NCBI GenBank assembly: GCA_028689875.1
Contig: JAQVCG010000005.1
Span: 1 to 54,926 of the forward strand
Direction: 5' to 3'
Length of the DNA: 54,926 nt
Source: Candidatus Rifleibacteriota bacterium
GTDB lineage: Bacteria > Muiribacteriota > Ozemobacteria > Ozemobacterales > Ozemobacteraceae
The position numbers and the translations under genes are program-made. Positions 35,956 to 45,915 of this stretch are shown here, piece after piece. The first letter of the stretch is position 1. Each line of letters opens with the position of its first letter. The notes beneath the pieces are model-generated. The model was not told the DNA's origin. It made no database searches and saw only the letters and a list, made by a program, of their open reading frames with translations.

Positions 35956-38115
35956 ATGGATAATTACCCTGAATCATGTCTGGAGGCAGAAAACTTGAAA
36001 AAATATTTGAAAATATTGCCGGTGTTTATTATGTGTGCAGTATTGCCGGTCATTATTGCCAACGCCGCAATTATAACTACAACCGATGGAACAACAACTG
36101 AAATTACGAATATAAATTATAAAGAAAATACTTTAAAGGGTATTGTTAAAGACAATGCACAGCCTCAAGAAACTATTTTTGGCAGAGACCGCATTAAAAG
36201 CATAAGTTTTTCGGGTAAAAAGCAGGATAAAAAAATAGAAAACTCTGATTCTGGTGATTTGCAGTTTTACATGGAAAAAGCAGAAAAAATGTTGCAAATA
36301 CATCCTGATGCTACATATTTAGTTGTTCACGAAGAAGCTAATTATGTTCATAGAGCCGATGGCACTAACATCTCAAGATTTAGAAATGTTGTCTATGTCG
36401 CAAAAGAAGAGGCTTTGTGGAACGCTCATCAAAGCATTAGTTTTGACCCGGACAGAGAAAGCGTAAAAGTAATTCACGCACGTTCATACGGCCCAGATAA
36501 AAGTGTTAATGACCTTAAAGAAACTGAAATTAAAATTGAAAAGGCAACATCAGGTAGCGTTTATTTTAGTAAAGAAAAGGTAATGAGCTTTACTATTCCA
36601 GAAGTCACGGTGGGGCATTTGGTTGATTGCAGTTATGAAGTTGAAGAATTTAATCCTTTTGACAAGAACTTGTTTCAAGGCAGAAACTATTTTAAATGGG
36701 CGGCCCCCGTTGGGACTTCTCTTTTAAGGGTCAGTGTGCCAACAGGAAAGCAACTTTATTATATCAGCAAAAATGCTCCGGCAGATTTTGAACCCGAGAT
36801 TATTGAGGCGATAGATACCGAAGTATATACTTGGAAAATGTCTGACCTTGACCCGCTTATCAGTGAGCCTTATATGCCATCTTATCGCGACGTGGTTCCC
36901 TGTGTTTATTTTAGTTTGCACAAAGACTATGAATATATGAACAACAAGCTGAGACCAATGTTTGAAAAGAGATTTCAGCTTACAGATGCCGTGAAGCAAA
37001 AGGTTGATGAGCTAACGAAGGGCGCAAAAGACATTGTAGAAAAGATCTCTAGATTGTATTTGTTTTGCCAAAAAGAAATCAGATATATCTCTATAAAATC
37101 AAACTTAGCTAGCAATCAGGTTGGTCATCCGGCTGAAGAAACTCTGAAAAACAGATACGGAGACTGCACTGACAAAGGTATGTTGCTTGCAACAATGCTT
37201 AAACATATTGGAGTAGAAGCGTATCCGGTTGTTATAAGAACAAACAATGCCGGAAAAGCAATCAGAGATATCGCTATTTTTGATGACAATCATTGTATTA
37301 CCGAAATACATTTAGACGGAAGAGTGTTTTATTTAGACTCTACGGCAACAGATTACAGATACCCTTACTTCAGATCTGACGACCATGATACAGTTGCAAA
37401 AAATGCAATGCTTGGAACTGTTAGAAATGTGCCTTTACCGCCACCTGAAGATAATGCTGTTATAACAAAAAGAAAAATTGTTGTGATGCCTGATGGAACT
37501 ACCGAAATTGAAATTAAAAGCACGCAAAATGGCTCTGCCGAATCGGGTATGAGGGGTTTTACGCGAAGTTTAAAGCCGGAAGAATACGAAAAAAGTCTCA
37601 GGTCTTCCATTGCTGCCTTAACAGCAGATTACGAATTGCATATCGCGACTTTTACAGACCCCTTGGATTTTAACACACAATTCAAGACCCACACCAAATA
37701 TACATTAAATAGATATGCTCCTAAGTCCGGTAAGTATATGATTTTTGCTGTTCCAAATTTCGAAATGCGCTTTGCTGAAGTTAGCTTAGAAAAGCGAAAA
37801 TTTGATATAGAATACAGAACTTCTGCTTTACGCACAGAACATATAGATATTAAGTTGCCGGAGGGTTATATAGTTAAATATTTGCCTCCGGCATTAAGGG
37901 TTCAAAGTCCATATATTGAATTTGAAATAATTTACGATCAACAGGGCGAAGATATAGAAATTACTCGAAAACTTGCTATTTTAAAGCGAACTGTGCCCGT
38001 TGAGGATTATGACTCTTACAAAAAAGACCTTGAAAAAATAGCTTTTTCAGGTAAACAAAAAATCTTTCTTGAAGAAGTCGCCGTAAACGAAAAGTCTGAC
38101 GGAGGTGACTTATGA
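35956..38115 (+). CDS. DUF3857-like / transglutaminase-core / DUF3858-like protein, catalytic triad apparently intact
   Basis: RYGDCTDKGMLLATML holds the Cys codon at 37165-37167. DDNHCITEIHLDGRVFYLDST supplies the His and Asp. A more likely start is the TTG at 35995, 8 nt after GGAGG, which gives the signal peptide MKKYLKILPVFIMCAVLPVIIANA. Confidence 0.75.
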   Translation: MDNYPESCLEAENLKKYLKILPVFIMCAVLPVIIANAAIITTTDGTTTEITNINYKENTLKGIVKDNAQPQETIFGRDRIKSISFSGKKQDKKIENSDSGDLQFYMEKAEKMLQIHPDATYLVVHEEANYVHRADGTNISRFRNVVYVAKEEALWNAHQSISFDPDRESVKVIHARSYGPDKSVNDLKETEIKIEKATSGSVYFSKEKVMSFTIPEVTVGHLVDCSYEVEEFNPFDKNLFQGRNYFKWAAPVGTSLLRVSVPTGKQLYYISKNAPADFEPEIIEAIDTEVYTWKMSDLDPLISEPYMPSYRDVVPCVYFSLHKDYEYMNNKLRPMFEKRFQLTDAVKQKVDELTKGAKDIVEKISRLYLFCQKEIRYISIKSNLASNQVGHPAEETLKNRYGDCTDKGMLLATMLKHIGVEAYPVVIRTNNAGKAIRDIAIFDDNHCITEIHLDGRVFYLDSTATDYRYPYFRSDDHDTVAKNAMLGTVRNVPLPPPEDNAVITKRKIVVMPDGTTEIEIKSTQNGSAESGMRGFTRSLKPEEYEKSLRSSIAALTADYELHIATFTDPLDFNTQFKTHTKYTLNRYAPKSGKYMIFAVPNFEMRFAEVSLEKRKFDIEYRTSALRTEHIDIKLPEGYIVKYLPPALRVQSPYIEFEIIYDQQGEDIEITRKLAILKRTVPVEDYDSYKKDLEKIAFSGKQKIFLEEVAVNEKSDGGDL

Positions 38116-40349
38116 TAAAGCTTTCAATAAAAAGAACAATTCAAAATATACTCGCCATTAGCTTTGTGTTAGCCTCATTTGCACTAATGCCCGTAAATGC
38201 AGATGTGTTGTTTTTTAATGATGGCGAAGAAATAGTGGGCAGTTTAAAAGAAATAACTAATAGTAAAATTGTTTTTGAAGATGTTGACAAGGTAATTAAA
38301 ACTTATGATGAAGAGCAAGTCTCATCAGTTCTTATTTCGAAAATAAGAAAGGGAGATGAAATCAGCAAGGTTGATGAACTGACTGATCCCGTGGCAATAG
38401 GCATTCTTCAGGCTCAACCTGATTCTTCTGTCTTTAAAGACGCTCAATATGCTACTTTGTGTCGTTTAACAGATGTTGAATATATTGATGAATCGACCGT
38501 TAAAATAACCACCCGAGAAATAGTTAAGATTTTGAAAGAACAAGGCCTAGACATGGCAAATCAGTCTTTCTATTATTACATAGAAAGAGAAAAAGCCGAA
38601 TTAGATTTTGCTCACACCTATTCGCCCGATAAAAAAGTTTATCACATTACTGACGATGCTATTTCTCACGAAGCATTGCGAATATCTACTCCCGAATACG
38701 ATAAAATAAAAAAAATGAAAATGGCTTTGAAAAAAGTCGATTTAGGGAGTGTTATTGATTACAGCTTTAGCAGAACTATAACAGGTATTTCTGAAACCTC
38801 TCCTTTTTCGCTAACATTCATTTTTGGCGAAAGAGAACCGGTTATGCACGAAGAGCTGTCTTTGACGTTTCCTGAAAACATGAAATTATCGCGCGTTAAC
38901 TCTCAATGGGACCAATCAGCGGCGCCAAAATTTTACGAAAAAACCGAAAATGGAAAAACCAACTGGAAATGGATTTATGCTGATCCCGATGGTTATGTCG
39001 GTGAACAATCAATGTTGCCGCGCACACGTATTTTCCCGACTTTGACCATATATAAGGGCTATCCTTGGAATGAAACTGCAAAAATATTGGCTGAAGGCTA
39101 CGAAAAATCTCGCCCTGACAATGATTTGTTAGAAGGCTTTATCGAGAGATGTAATCTTTCTGCTGCGAAAACAAAATACGAAAAGGCATGCAAAATATAC
39201 GAAGCCATAAACAAAGACATTCGAGATGTGAGCATGGGGCCGCAAAACATGGGAAGCTATCTGCCCTTGTCATCGAATATTACCTTGACAAAAAAGTATG
39301 CTAATTTGCAGGGAATCCTGGCTTTGATGCATTTTGCATTTGAAAAGGCCGGAATAGAGTCTTATCCGGGGTTTGCCGGTTCAAAAAGAAACCGTGTGAC
39401 CGTTAAAGAAAACCCGAATCTTGAGCTGGCTGTTAATCCGGTTCTTAAGGTCATTATTGACAATAAGGCGTTTTATACTAACGGTGGGTCTTCTTACTTG
39501 CCTTTTGGCTACTTGGTAACTGATTTACAGGGCGCTGATGCAGTTTTCTTTGACATAAAGAAAGGCGAATCTTTTTTAGAAACTTTGCCTCAACAAACCT
39601 TTGACTGGAACAGAGAAACAAAAAATATATATGTTAAATTGCTTGATAATGGCACAATGGAAGTTAAGCAAACCACAATGGCAAAGGGACCATACGAATC
39701 GGCATGCAGAAAAATTAAAAGTCTAAAAGATAAAGAAAAACAAAATTATGCTGAAAAGTGGGTTAAAAGTATACACTCTAACGCAATATTAGAAAGCTTT
39801 GGGCACTCTGACCTAGAAGACCTAAATGCACCTGTTGTTTTAAATCTATGTTATACAATTCCAAATGCAGCGCAGATGGCTTCTGATAAAATTATGACTT
39901 TTACAAATCTTTGGACTAATTACAGCTCTTCTTCGGCGAGCTTAGAAAAACGCAAGTTCCCGATGAGCTATTGGGCAACAGAAGATGTGCGCAAGACCAT
40001 TGTTTTTGATTTGCCGGAAGGCTTTGAATGGGTTAAATGGGGTAAACAATATCAGCATATTTCACCCGAGTTTAAGTTTGCTTCAAACTTTTATGCAATC
40101 GGCAGGCAGCTTATTTATTCAGAAGAATTTACAGCTACCGTAGACGAACTTTTGAGCGATGAAGCTTACCAAAATTACAGAAACTGTTTGCTTACCATGG
40201 CTGAACTTGGAAACCAGTGGATTATAATTGAAAAAACAGAGAAGCTGGCAAAAAGCGAAGAAGTTGAGAAAACAGAAGAAACAGTAAAATCAGAAGAAGA
40301 CACTCAGGTTTTGCCTGACGGAGAAACAGAAGAAGGTGACACCCTGTAA
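38112..40349 (+). CDS. Paralogous DUF3857/DUF3858-like protein lacking the transglutaminase catalytic Cys (pseudo-enzyme candidate)
   Basis: The ORF overlaps the upstream gene by 4 nt and is preceded by GGAGG. The signal peptide is LAISFVLASFALMPVNA. By eye, KYANLQGILALMHFAFEKAGIESYP aligns with RYGDCTDKGMLLATMLKHIGVEAYP, which puts Leu in place of the Cys. The C-terminal tail is acidic. Confidence 0.7.
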   Translation: MIKLSIKRTIQNILAISFVLASFALMPVNADVLFFNDGEEIVGSLKEITNSKIVFEDVDKVIKTYDEEQVSSVLISKIRKGDEISKVDELTDPVAIGILQAQPDSSVFKDAQYATLCRLTDVEYIDESTVKITTREIVKILKEQGLDMANQSFYYYIEREKAELDFAHTYSPDKKVYHITDDAISHEALRISTPEYDKIKKMKMALKKVDLGSVIDYSFSRTITGISETSPFSLTFIFGEREPVMHEELSLTFPENMKLSRVNSQWDQSAAPKFYEKTENGKTNWKWIYADPDGYVGEQSMLPRTRIFPTLTIYKGYPWNETAKILAEGYEKSRPDNDLLEGFIERCNLSAAKTKYEKACKIYEAINKDIRDVSMGPQNMGSYLPLSSNITLTKKYANLQGILALMHFAFEKAGIESYPGFAGSKRNRVTVKENPNLELAVNPVLKVIIDNKAFYTNGGSSYLPFGYLVTDLQGADAVFFDIKKGESFLETLPQQTFDWNRETKNIYVKLLDNGTMEVKQTTMAKGPYESACRKIKSLKDKEKQNYAEKWVKSIHSNAILESFGHSDLEDLNAPVVLNLCYTIPNAAQMASDKIMTFTNLWTNYSSSSASLEKRKFPMSYWATEDVRKTIVFDLPEGFEWVKWGKQYQHISPEFKFASNFYAIGRQLIYSEEFTATVDELLSDEAYQNYRNCLLTMAELGNQWIIIEKTEKLAKSEEVEKTEETVKSEEDTQVLPDGETEEGDTL

Positions 40350-40350
40350 T

Positions 40351-42102
40351 ATGGGGGCTGCTATATTCCTAATTCTGCTTTTGCCTTTTGTATATTTTTA
40401 TGATGAAGCTTTAGCTGTATTTTGTCTTGAGCTGTTTTCAGGAGTATATTTTCTTTCCGGCTTTTTTAATAAAAATGGTAAGCCTTTTGGCAAGCAAAAG
40501 GCTTTGCTTGCCGTAATTTTATTTGCATGGCTGTTCACAGTATTTAGAAGTGTTTTTATTTCAGTGTCGCCGGATTCTTCGTTTCCTGTATTTATAAAAT
40601 TGTCAGCACTGATAATGATTGCTTTTGGATTATCTGTAAGGTTTGAATCCTTTTATAAAGATACTGTTAATGCGATATTTGTCTCTTCTGCGGTTGCAGG
40701 TTTCATACATGGTGTTATTGCTTTATTTGAGTATGTAGAAGCCCCACAAATACCGCCAACCTGGCTTGATCCTTCGGCAAAAGAGATTTTTCGAACTAGG
40801 TGTGCGGGGATTTTTACCGACCCGAATATTTTTGCATCATTTTTATCAGTGATGTTTATTTTTACGTTAGGTTATATTTTTGTAGCCGAATCGAAAAATA
40901 ATAAAAATGCTGGTGCTTTATCAGCTTTATTATGCGGGTTAGCTATTCTGACAACTTTAAGCCGAGGTGCTTGGATATCTTTGGGAGCAGGTTTATTTAC
41001 AGGTATTGTTTATATAATGATGCAAAAGCCTAGAGATAGAGAGGCATTAAAATATCCTGGGCGTTTGATTTATATTTTAACAGCAATTCTTTTGTTCATA
41101 TTTCTTGTGGGGCCATTTAAATATCGTTTTATATCTATTGCCAAGCCTTCAGATATGACATTTGCGCAAAGAACACTTATAAACAAAGCTTTTGTTAAGC
41201 ATATGGGTGATTTTCCGATAGTTGGGCATGGCTTACATACTTTCAATCAAGTTTATCCTCGATATCGCATTGTCGGGGGCGATTATCCGATGAATGCGCA
41301 TAACGAATTTTTGCATAGCCTGCTTGAAACCGGTTTTTTATCTTCAATTTTGTTATTTTTGTTATGTTGTTACATTTTTAAAAGCTTACATTTATTGAGA
41401 AAAACCGAAAATATTGCTTTACCTTTTTTTATTGCCGCTTTTATCTCTCTTTTTGTTCAAAATTTGTCAGGTTTTTCTTCGCGAATTTTGCCGACTGCTG
41501 CGCTATTTTCGATTGTTTACGCTTATGTTTATGCATCAAAATATAAAACTTCGAACGTAGATAAAAAAATAGGCTTTATGGCAAAATCGGCCGTTATGAC
41601 CTTTGTAATTATGTATCTCTCTGTAAGTGGATACATCTATTATATTCAAAAACAAATCGCTGATTCTACGTATTTATTAAAACAGAATAAAATAGAAAAG
41701 AGCATAGAAAAACTGGAACAAGTTTCAAAAATTTCTTGGCGCAATTCTTTTGTTGCTTCGTTATTGGGGCAACTTTATATGATAAAGAACAATCGTGCAA
41801 AAGCCATTGAAATGTATGAATATGCGGCTAAAATTAACCCATCAGAAGCATCATTTTATGAGTCTCTAGCAGTTTTGAATGCACCGACTGATGTAGAAAA
41901 ATCTAACAAAATGTATGAAACTGCTTTGAAATTAGACCCGGCATCAGAAAATTACAGACTAAGATATGCACAGTTTTTATTGTCGCAAAATAAAAAAGAA
42001 AAGGCAAAAAAAATATTAGAGAAAGGCCTAGAGTTCTCTCCAGGCTTTCACGAGGTTTACACCGGTTTTCTTAAAATTGAAAGCATTTTGAATAATTTAT
42101 AG
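40351..42102 (+). CDS. O-antigen ligase/polymerase-like (Wzy_C) polytopic membrane protein fused to C-terminal TPR repeats
   Basis: There are about 10 hydrophobic helices. LTTLSRGAWISLGAG and GHGLHTF...NAHNEFLHSLLETGFL are Wzy_C-type motifs. The C-terminal ~150 aa are TPR-like (AIEMYEYAAKINP, YETALKLDP, LEKGLEFSP). I chose the ATG at 40351; the alternative GTG at 40336 would overlap the upstream gene. Confidence 0.8.
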   Translation: MGAAIFLILLLPFVYFYDEALAVFCLELFSGVYFLSGFFNKNGKPFGKQKALLAVILFAWLFTVFRSVFISVSPDSSFPVFIKLSALIMIAFGLSVRFESFYKDTVNAIFVSSAVAGFIHGVIALFEYVEAPQIPPTWLDPSAKEIFRTRCAGIFTDPNIFASFLSVMFIFTLGYIFVAESKNNKNAGALSALLCGLAILTTLSRGAWISLGAGLFTGIVYIMMQKPRDREALKYPGRLIYILTAILLFIFLVGPFKYRFISIAKPSDMTFAQRTLINKAFVKHMGDFPIVGHGLHTFNQVYPRYRIVGGDYPMNAHNEFLHSLLETGFLSSILLFLLCCYIFKSLHLLRKTENIALPFFIAAFISLFVQNLSGFSSRILPTAALFSIVYAYVYASKYKTSNVDKKIGFMAKSAVMTFVIMYLSVSGYIYYIQKQIADSTYLLKQNKIEKSIEKLEQVSKISWRNSFVASLLGQLYMIKNNRAKAIEMYEYAAKINPSEASFYESLAVLNAPTDVEKSNKMYETALKLDPASENYRLRYAQFLLSQNKKEKAKKILEKGLEFSPGFHEVYTGFLKIESILNNL

Positions 42103-42150
42103 AATTTTTTTTGCCTTAATTTATCAATATTATTACTTAATTGGCAGAGA

Positions 42151-45100
42151 ATGCCGATACGCATGTTGAATAATATGTTAAAACAAATTATAACTTTAAT
42201 AATATTGGTTATCATTGTGCTCCCGAGCCCGTTAAAGGCTTCAATGGACGGGATGCTTGACAGCACCCTTTCACGTTCATTGTCTCAAATGGAATCTTTG
42301 TATGCCTCAGGAAAATGGGATGAGGCCATGGAACTTGGAAGAGGCATAATTAAAGACGCGCCCAAAAATCATCCGGTTTCAAACAGAGCTCAGGACATAA
42401 TAATTCTTTCTATTGACGGTAAAAATCGTGAAATTTTGTTGAACAAAAAGCGCGAAGCTACCCGAAAACAGCAAGAGGCCTCACAGAGCCTGGCGACAGA
42501 AGGCAATAAACTTCTTGTTGAAAAGAATTATAAAGGCGCGGCTGAAAAGCTCTTAGCTGCGGTAAAACTTAATTCCGGAGATGCACAAACCTATTTTTTA
42601 TTGGGTTATTCATTTTTAAAAGCCGGCGACAAAAAACAAGCATACAATGGTTTTAATAGATGCTTGGCTATTAATCCGAATCATTCTCGCGCATTATTTC
42701 ATATTGCCGGTTTAAGTTATGAAATTGAAAAGGGCGAAGAGGCCGAAAAATATACGGCTCAGCTAATTAAAATAATTGAAGCAAAGCTTGCGGAATATAA
42801 GAGCGTTTTTCAGAGTCAAAGAAAAGGTAAGCTCAACGATAAAGCAGTTGAAACTGCACGAAAAATGACTTCACTTAAGTCAAATTTGGCACAGGCAGCT
42901 TATATGAACGGTATGCTGGCTCAAAAGCGAAAAGATTATAAAGTTGCTGCAAAAGCATTTGAAAAGGTAGTCAAACTGCAGCCTAATTCTGCTGAGGCCT
43001 GGTATAGACTAGGCATAAACCTTATGCAGAATAAACTCTATCATCAAGCTACTTTAGCTCTTGAACAGGCTGTATTTATAAGGGAATCAACTTTAAAAGA
43101 ACTTTCTGGTGATGCAAAGCGCCTATTAGACGAAGGTTTGACTGATGAAGCAGTCGATGCAGAGATAAAAACGCGAAAAATCAAGGACCAGATGGCTAAT
43201 TCCCTTTATATGCTTGCAGTTGCGAATGGACGAAAAAAAGAGAGCGCATCTGCGCTTAGAAACATTGAAAAGGCACTGGATATTAAACCTGATTTTTTGC
43301 AGGGCAAATACACTAAGGCTGTTTTACTGGCAGAAAATAGTATGCTCGACGAGGCTCTTGAAGAAATGCGGGATGTTTTGAAGCAATGTGCTCCAAACAG
43401 TAAAGAAGCACGAAAATCAATACAAATGATTACATCACTGATGAATCAGATTGCTAAGAGAGATAACCCGGTTGATATGGCTATTGCGGCACGGCCTCAA
43501 AAGACATTAGAAGTGAACGAGTATGTAAAAGATATGCCCGGCTTGGGTGGTAAGGCTACTGAAGCTGTTTTAGAAGAAATTTTTCCGAAGTTGAGAGAAG
43601 TTAAAAAGCTCGTTGATATGCGTAATTTTGCTGAAGCATCGCGAAGATTGATTTATTTGCGATCAAGACATCCGGAAGTTGCTGATTTACACGCAATTTT
43701 GGCGCATTGTTACAGTGAAATGGGCAGATATAGCGAAGCAGAAAAGAGCTTTAAACAGGCATTGGGACTGCAGCCTAGCCACAGTGAGGCCATGAATGGC
43801 ATCGCAAGTATTTGGGCTAATCGCGGAGAAAATCTGGATAAGGCTTTGGAATATTCTGAAGCAGCGGTTAACGCAGAGGGAATGCGAGCAGAATTTTGGC
43901 ACACTCATGGCTGGGTTTTATTTAAGAAGGGCGAAGTTCGCAAGTCTATTGAGTCGTTTAAAAAGGCATTGGGCATCAAGCCTAATTATATGATTGCGCG
44001 CTACAACCTTGGATTGGCGTTTTATTTGGTAAAAGGTTATGGTGCGGCTATTGATGCTTTTGAAGCAGTTTTGGCGTTGAACCCGAGTCATCAAAAAGCC
44101 TTGTTGTTTAAATCTATTTGTTTAGCAAAGGCTCAAAAGCCTGATGATGCTTTGGCTTCATTGAAAGTGCTTGAAAAAACTCTTGATGAAAAGTCGACCT
44201 TAGCAAAAGTTGTAAAGGACTTTGAAAAGAAGATAAAAGATGCGCTGGCTAAGAATATAGAAATTCCTGTGCCCGAAATTAAGTCGCCGGTTAAAATAGA
44301 CAGATTGTTGGCTGAGGCAAGGGATTACAGGTCGAAAAATCTTGTAACCAGAGCAAAAGAAATATATTTGGAATGTCAGAGACTTTCTCCTGACAGTTAT
44401 GAGCCACATTATGAGCTCGGCGAAATGTATGCCGAGTCCGGGTTGCACAAAGCAGCATTAGTGTCATGGGAAAAAGCTGCGGCGCTCAAACCGGATAATT
44501 TTGATGTGTTGATGAATATGGGTAAAATGCAGCACAAAATAGGACAGTTTGCGAAGGCGCGGGCAAGTTTTGAAAGCGCTATGAAGGTAAATGCAAAGAA
44601 TGCAGAGCCTGTGTATTACTTGGGCATGCTGGCTTATGAAGAGAAAAACTTTGAAACAGCAAAAGTATTTGCGAGCGATGCCATAAAACTCAAACCTAAT
44701 TACTTTAAAGCTATGGCTTTGCTAGGAATGAGCCATGTAAGGTTAGATAATTTAAAAGAAGCTAAGAGCACATATGAAAAACTTTATGCAAAGGCTCCTT
44801 CTGATTCATCTATCAAAAGACACGCACGCACAAAAATTTGGGAAATTACGCGCGCTTTAACTCCTGAGAAGTATCCATCTTATGAGAATGCTATGGCTGT
44901 CAAATCTGAAATGACAAATAAGGCAGCGATGGTTGACGAAGTAGCGGACGGGCCGAAAATTCAGATTGCCATTTCCCCGAGTGAAGAAGAATTAGTGGCG
45001 AAATACGGGAAAAACACGATGACACCTGATGACAAAGAGTGGGTTTTGAGGCAGTTTGAAAGATTTGGAGCAGTAAAAAATCCTACTTTGAGCGGAACAT

Positions 45101-45915
45101 TGCGAAAAGAAGTTACCCCTCAAACATTGACCAGCAACGAAAAGCAATGGGTTGTTAATAAACTGCAAAGCTTTGGAGTTCAGAAGAACAAGTATTCATT
45201 GCCGCAAGAGGTAAGCGACAACCAGTATTCGGTTAAAGCGCTTGAAGAAGTGGTAGTAAAAGCTCCTGATAAGTCTGATGAAATGACCAAAAAAGCAATT
45301 GAGTCAATGAGTAAAGGTTTTGTGGTGCAGGCAATGGAAGAGTTTAATAAGGCAAAAGAGATTTCGCCGAATAATTTGAATGTATTAACAAACTTAGGGT
45401 TTGTAAATACCTTGAGCGGTAATTTTAAGGATGCTTTTGAGGCTTATGCGCAAGCAACCGTAAGTAATCCTGAAAGCAATTTGGCAAAGTTGGGTTTGGG
45501 TAACTTATATTGGCTTGGAGGACAGGCTGATAAGGCAGTTGAACAGTGGTCTTTGCTTAAAGATAATTATAAGATAGATGAAGAATTAAGCGTCTTAAAA
45601 AAGACTGAGCAAGTATGGAAAAGAATGCTTGAGATTGATCCGCTTGATGTTGATGCGCATTCTAATCTTGGAATCGTATATATGTTCTCTGGCGACCCAA
45701 ACAAGGCATTAGCAGAGTTTCAAGCGGTAAATAAGCTTGAAAACAACAGGTTTGAGCACGATTATTATAGGGCACAAATGTATGTGCTGTTGTTTACTAA
45801 GACTAAGAACAAGATCCATCGAAAAGAGGCTGAAAAAATTCTTGATAGTATAGCCAAAAATACCGAAATTTTCCCGCACTCAGAGAGGTTGAAAAAATTT
45901 GTTGCCAGTCTGTGA
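42151..45915 (+). CDS. Very large TPR-repeat protein (1254 aa) with N-terminal signal/anchor
   Basis: The N-terminus is hydrophobic (IITLIILVIIVLPSPLKA). Dozens of TPR-like units are present (AQTYFLLGYSFLKAGDKKQAYNGFNRCLAINPNH, and so on). A non-TPR insert around residues 950-1030 contains a duplicated ~25-aa motif. Confidence 0.85.
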   Translation: MPIRMLNNMLKQIITLIILVIIVLPSPLKASMDGMLDSTLSRSLSQMESLYASGKWDEAMELGRGIIKDAPKNHPVSNRAQDIIILSIDGKNREILLNKKREATRKQQEASQSLATEGNKLLVEKNYKGAAEKLLAAVKLNSGDAQTYFLLGYSFLKAGDKKQAYNGFNRCLAINPNHSRALFHIAGLSYEIEKGEEAEKYTAQLIKIIEAKLAEYKSVFQSQRKGKLNDKAVETARKMTSLKSNLAQAAYMNGMLAQKRKDYKVAAKAFEKVVKLQPNSAEAWYRLGINLMQNKLYHQATLALEQAVFIRESTLKELSGDAKRLLDEGLTDEAVDAEIKTRKIKDQMANSLYMLAVANGRKKESASALRNIEKALDIKPDFLQGKYTKAVLLAENSMLDEALEEMRDVLKQCAPNSKEARKSIQMITSLMNQIAKRDNPVDMAIAARPQKTLEVNEYVKDMPGLGGKATEAVLEEIFPKLREVKKLVDMRNFAEASRRLIYLRSRHPEVADLHAILAHCYSEMGRYSEAEKSFKQALGLQPSHSEAMNGIASIWANRGENLDKALEYSEAAVNAEGMRAEFWHTHGWVLFKKGEVRKSIESFKKALGIKPNYMIARYNLGLAFYLVKGYGAAIDAFEAVLALNPSHQKALLFKSICLAKAQKPDDALASLKVLEKTLDEKSTLAKVVKDFEKKIKDALAKNIEIPVPEIKSPVKIDRLLAEARDYRSKNLVTRAKEIYLECQRLSPDSYEPHYELGEMYAESGLHKAALVSWEKAAALKPDNFDVLMNMGKMQHKIGQFAKARASFESAMKVNAKNAEPVYYLGMLAYEEKNFETAKVFASDAIKLKPNYFKAMALLGMSHVRLDNLKEAKSTYEKLYAKAPSDSSIKRHARTKIWEITRALTPEKYPSYENAMAVKSEMTNKAAMVDEVADGPKIQIAISPSEEELVAKYGKNTMTPDDKEWVLRQFERFGAVKNPTLSGTLRKEVTPQTLTSNEKQWVVNKLQSFGVQKNKYSLPQEVSDNQYSVKALEEVVVKAPDKSDEMTKKAIESMSKGFVVQAMEEFNKAKEISPNNLNVLTNLGFVNTLSGNFKDAFEAYAQATVSNPESNLAKLGLGNLYWLGGQADKAVEQWSLLKDNYKIDEELSVLKKTEQVWKRMLEIDPLDVDAHSNLGIVYMFSGDPNKALAEFQAVNKLENNRFEHDYYRAQMYVLLFTKTKNKIHRKEAEKILDSIAKNTEIFPHSERLKKFVASL

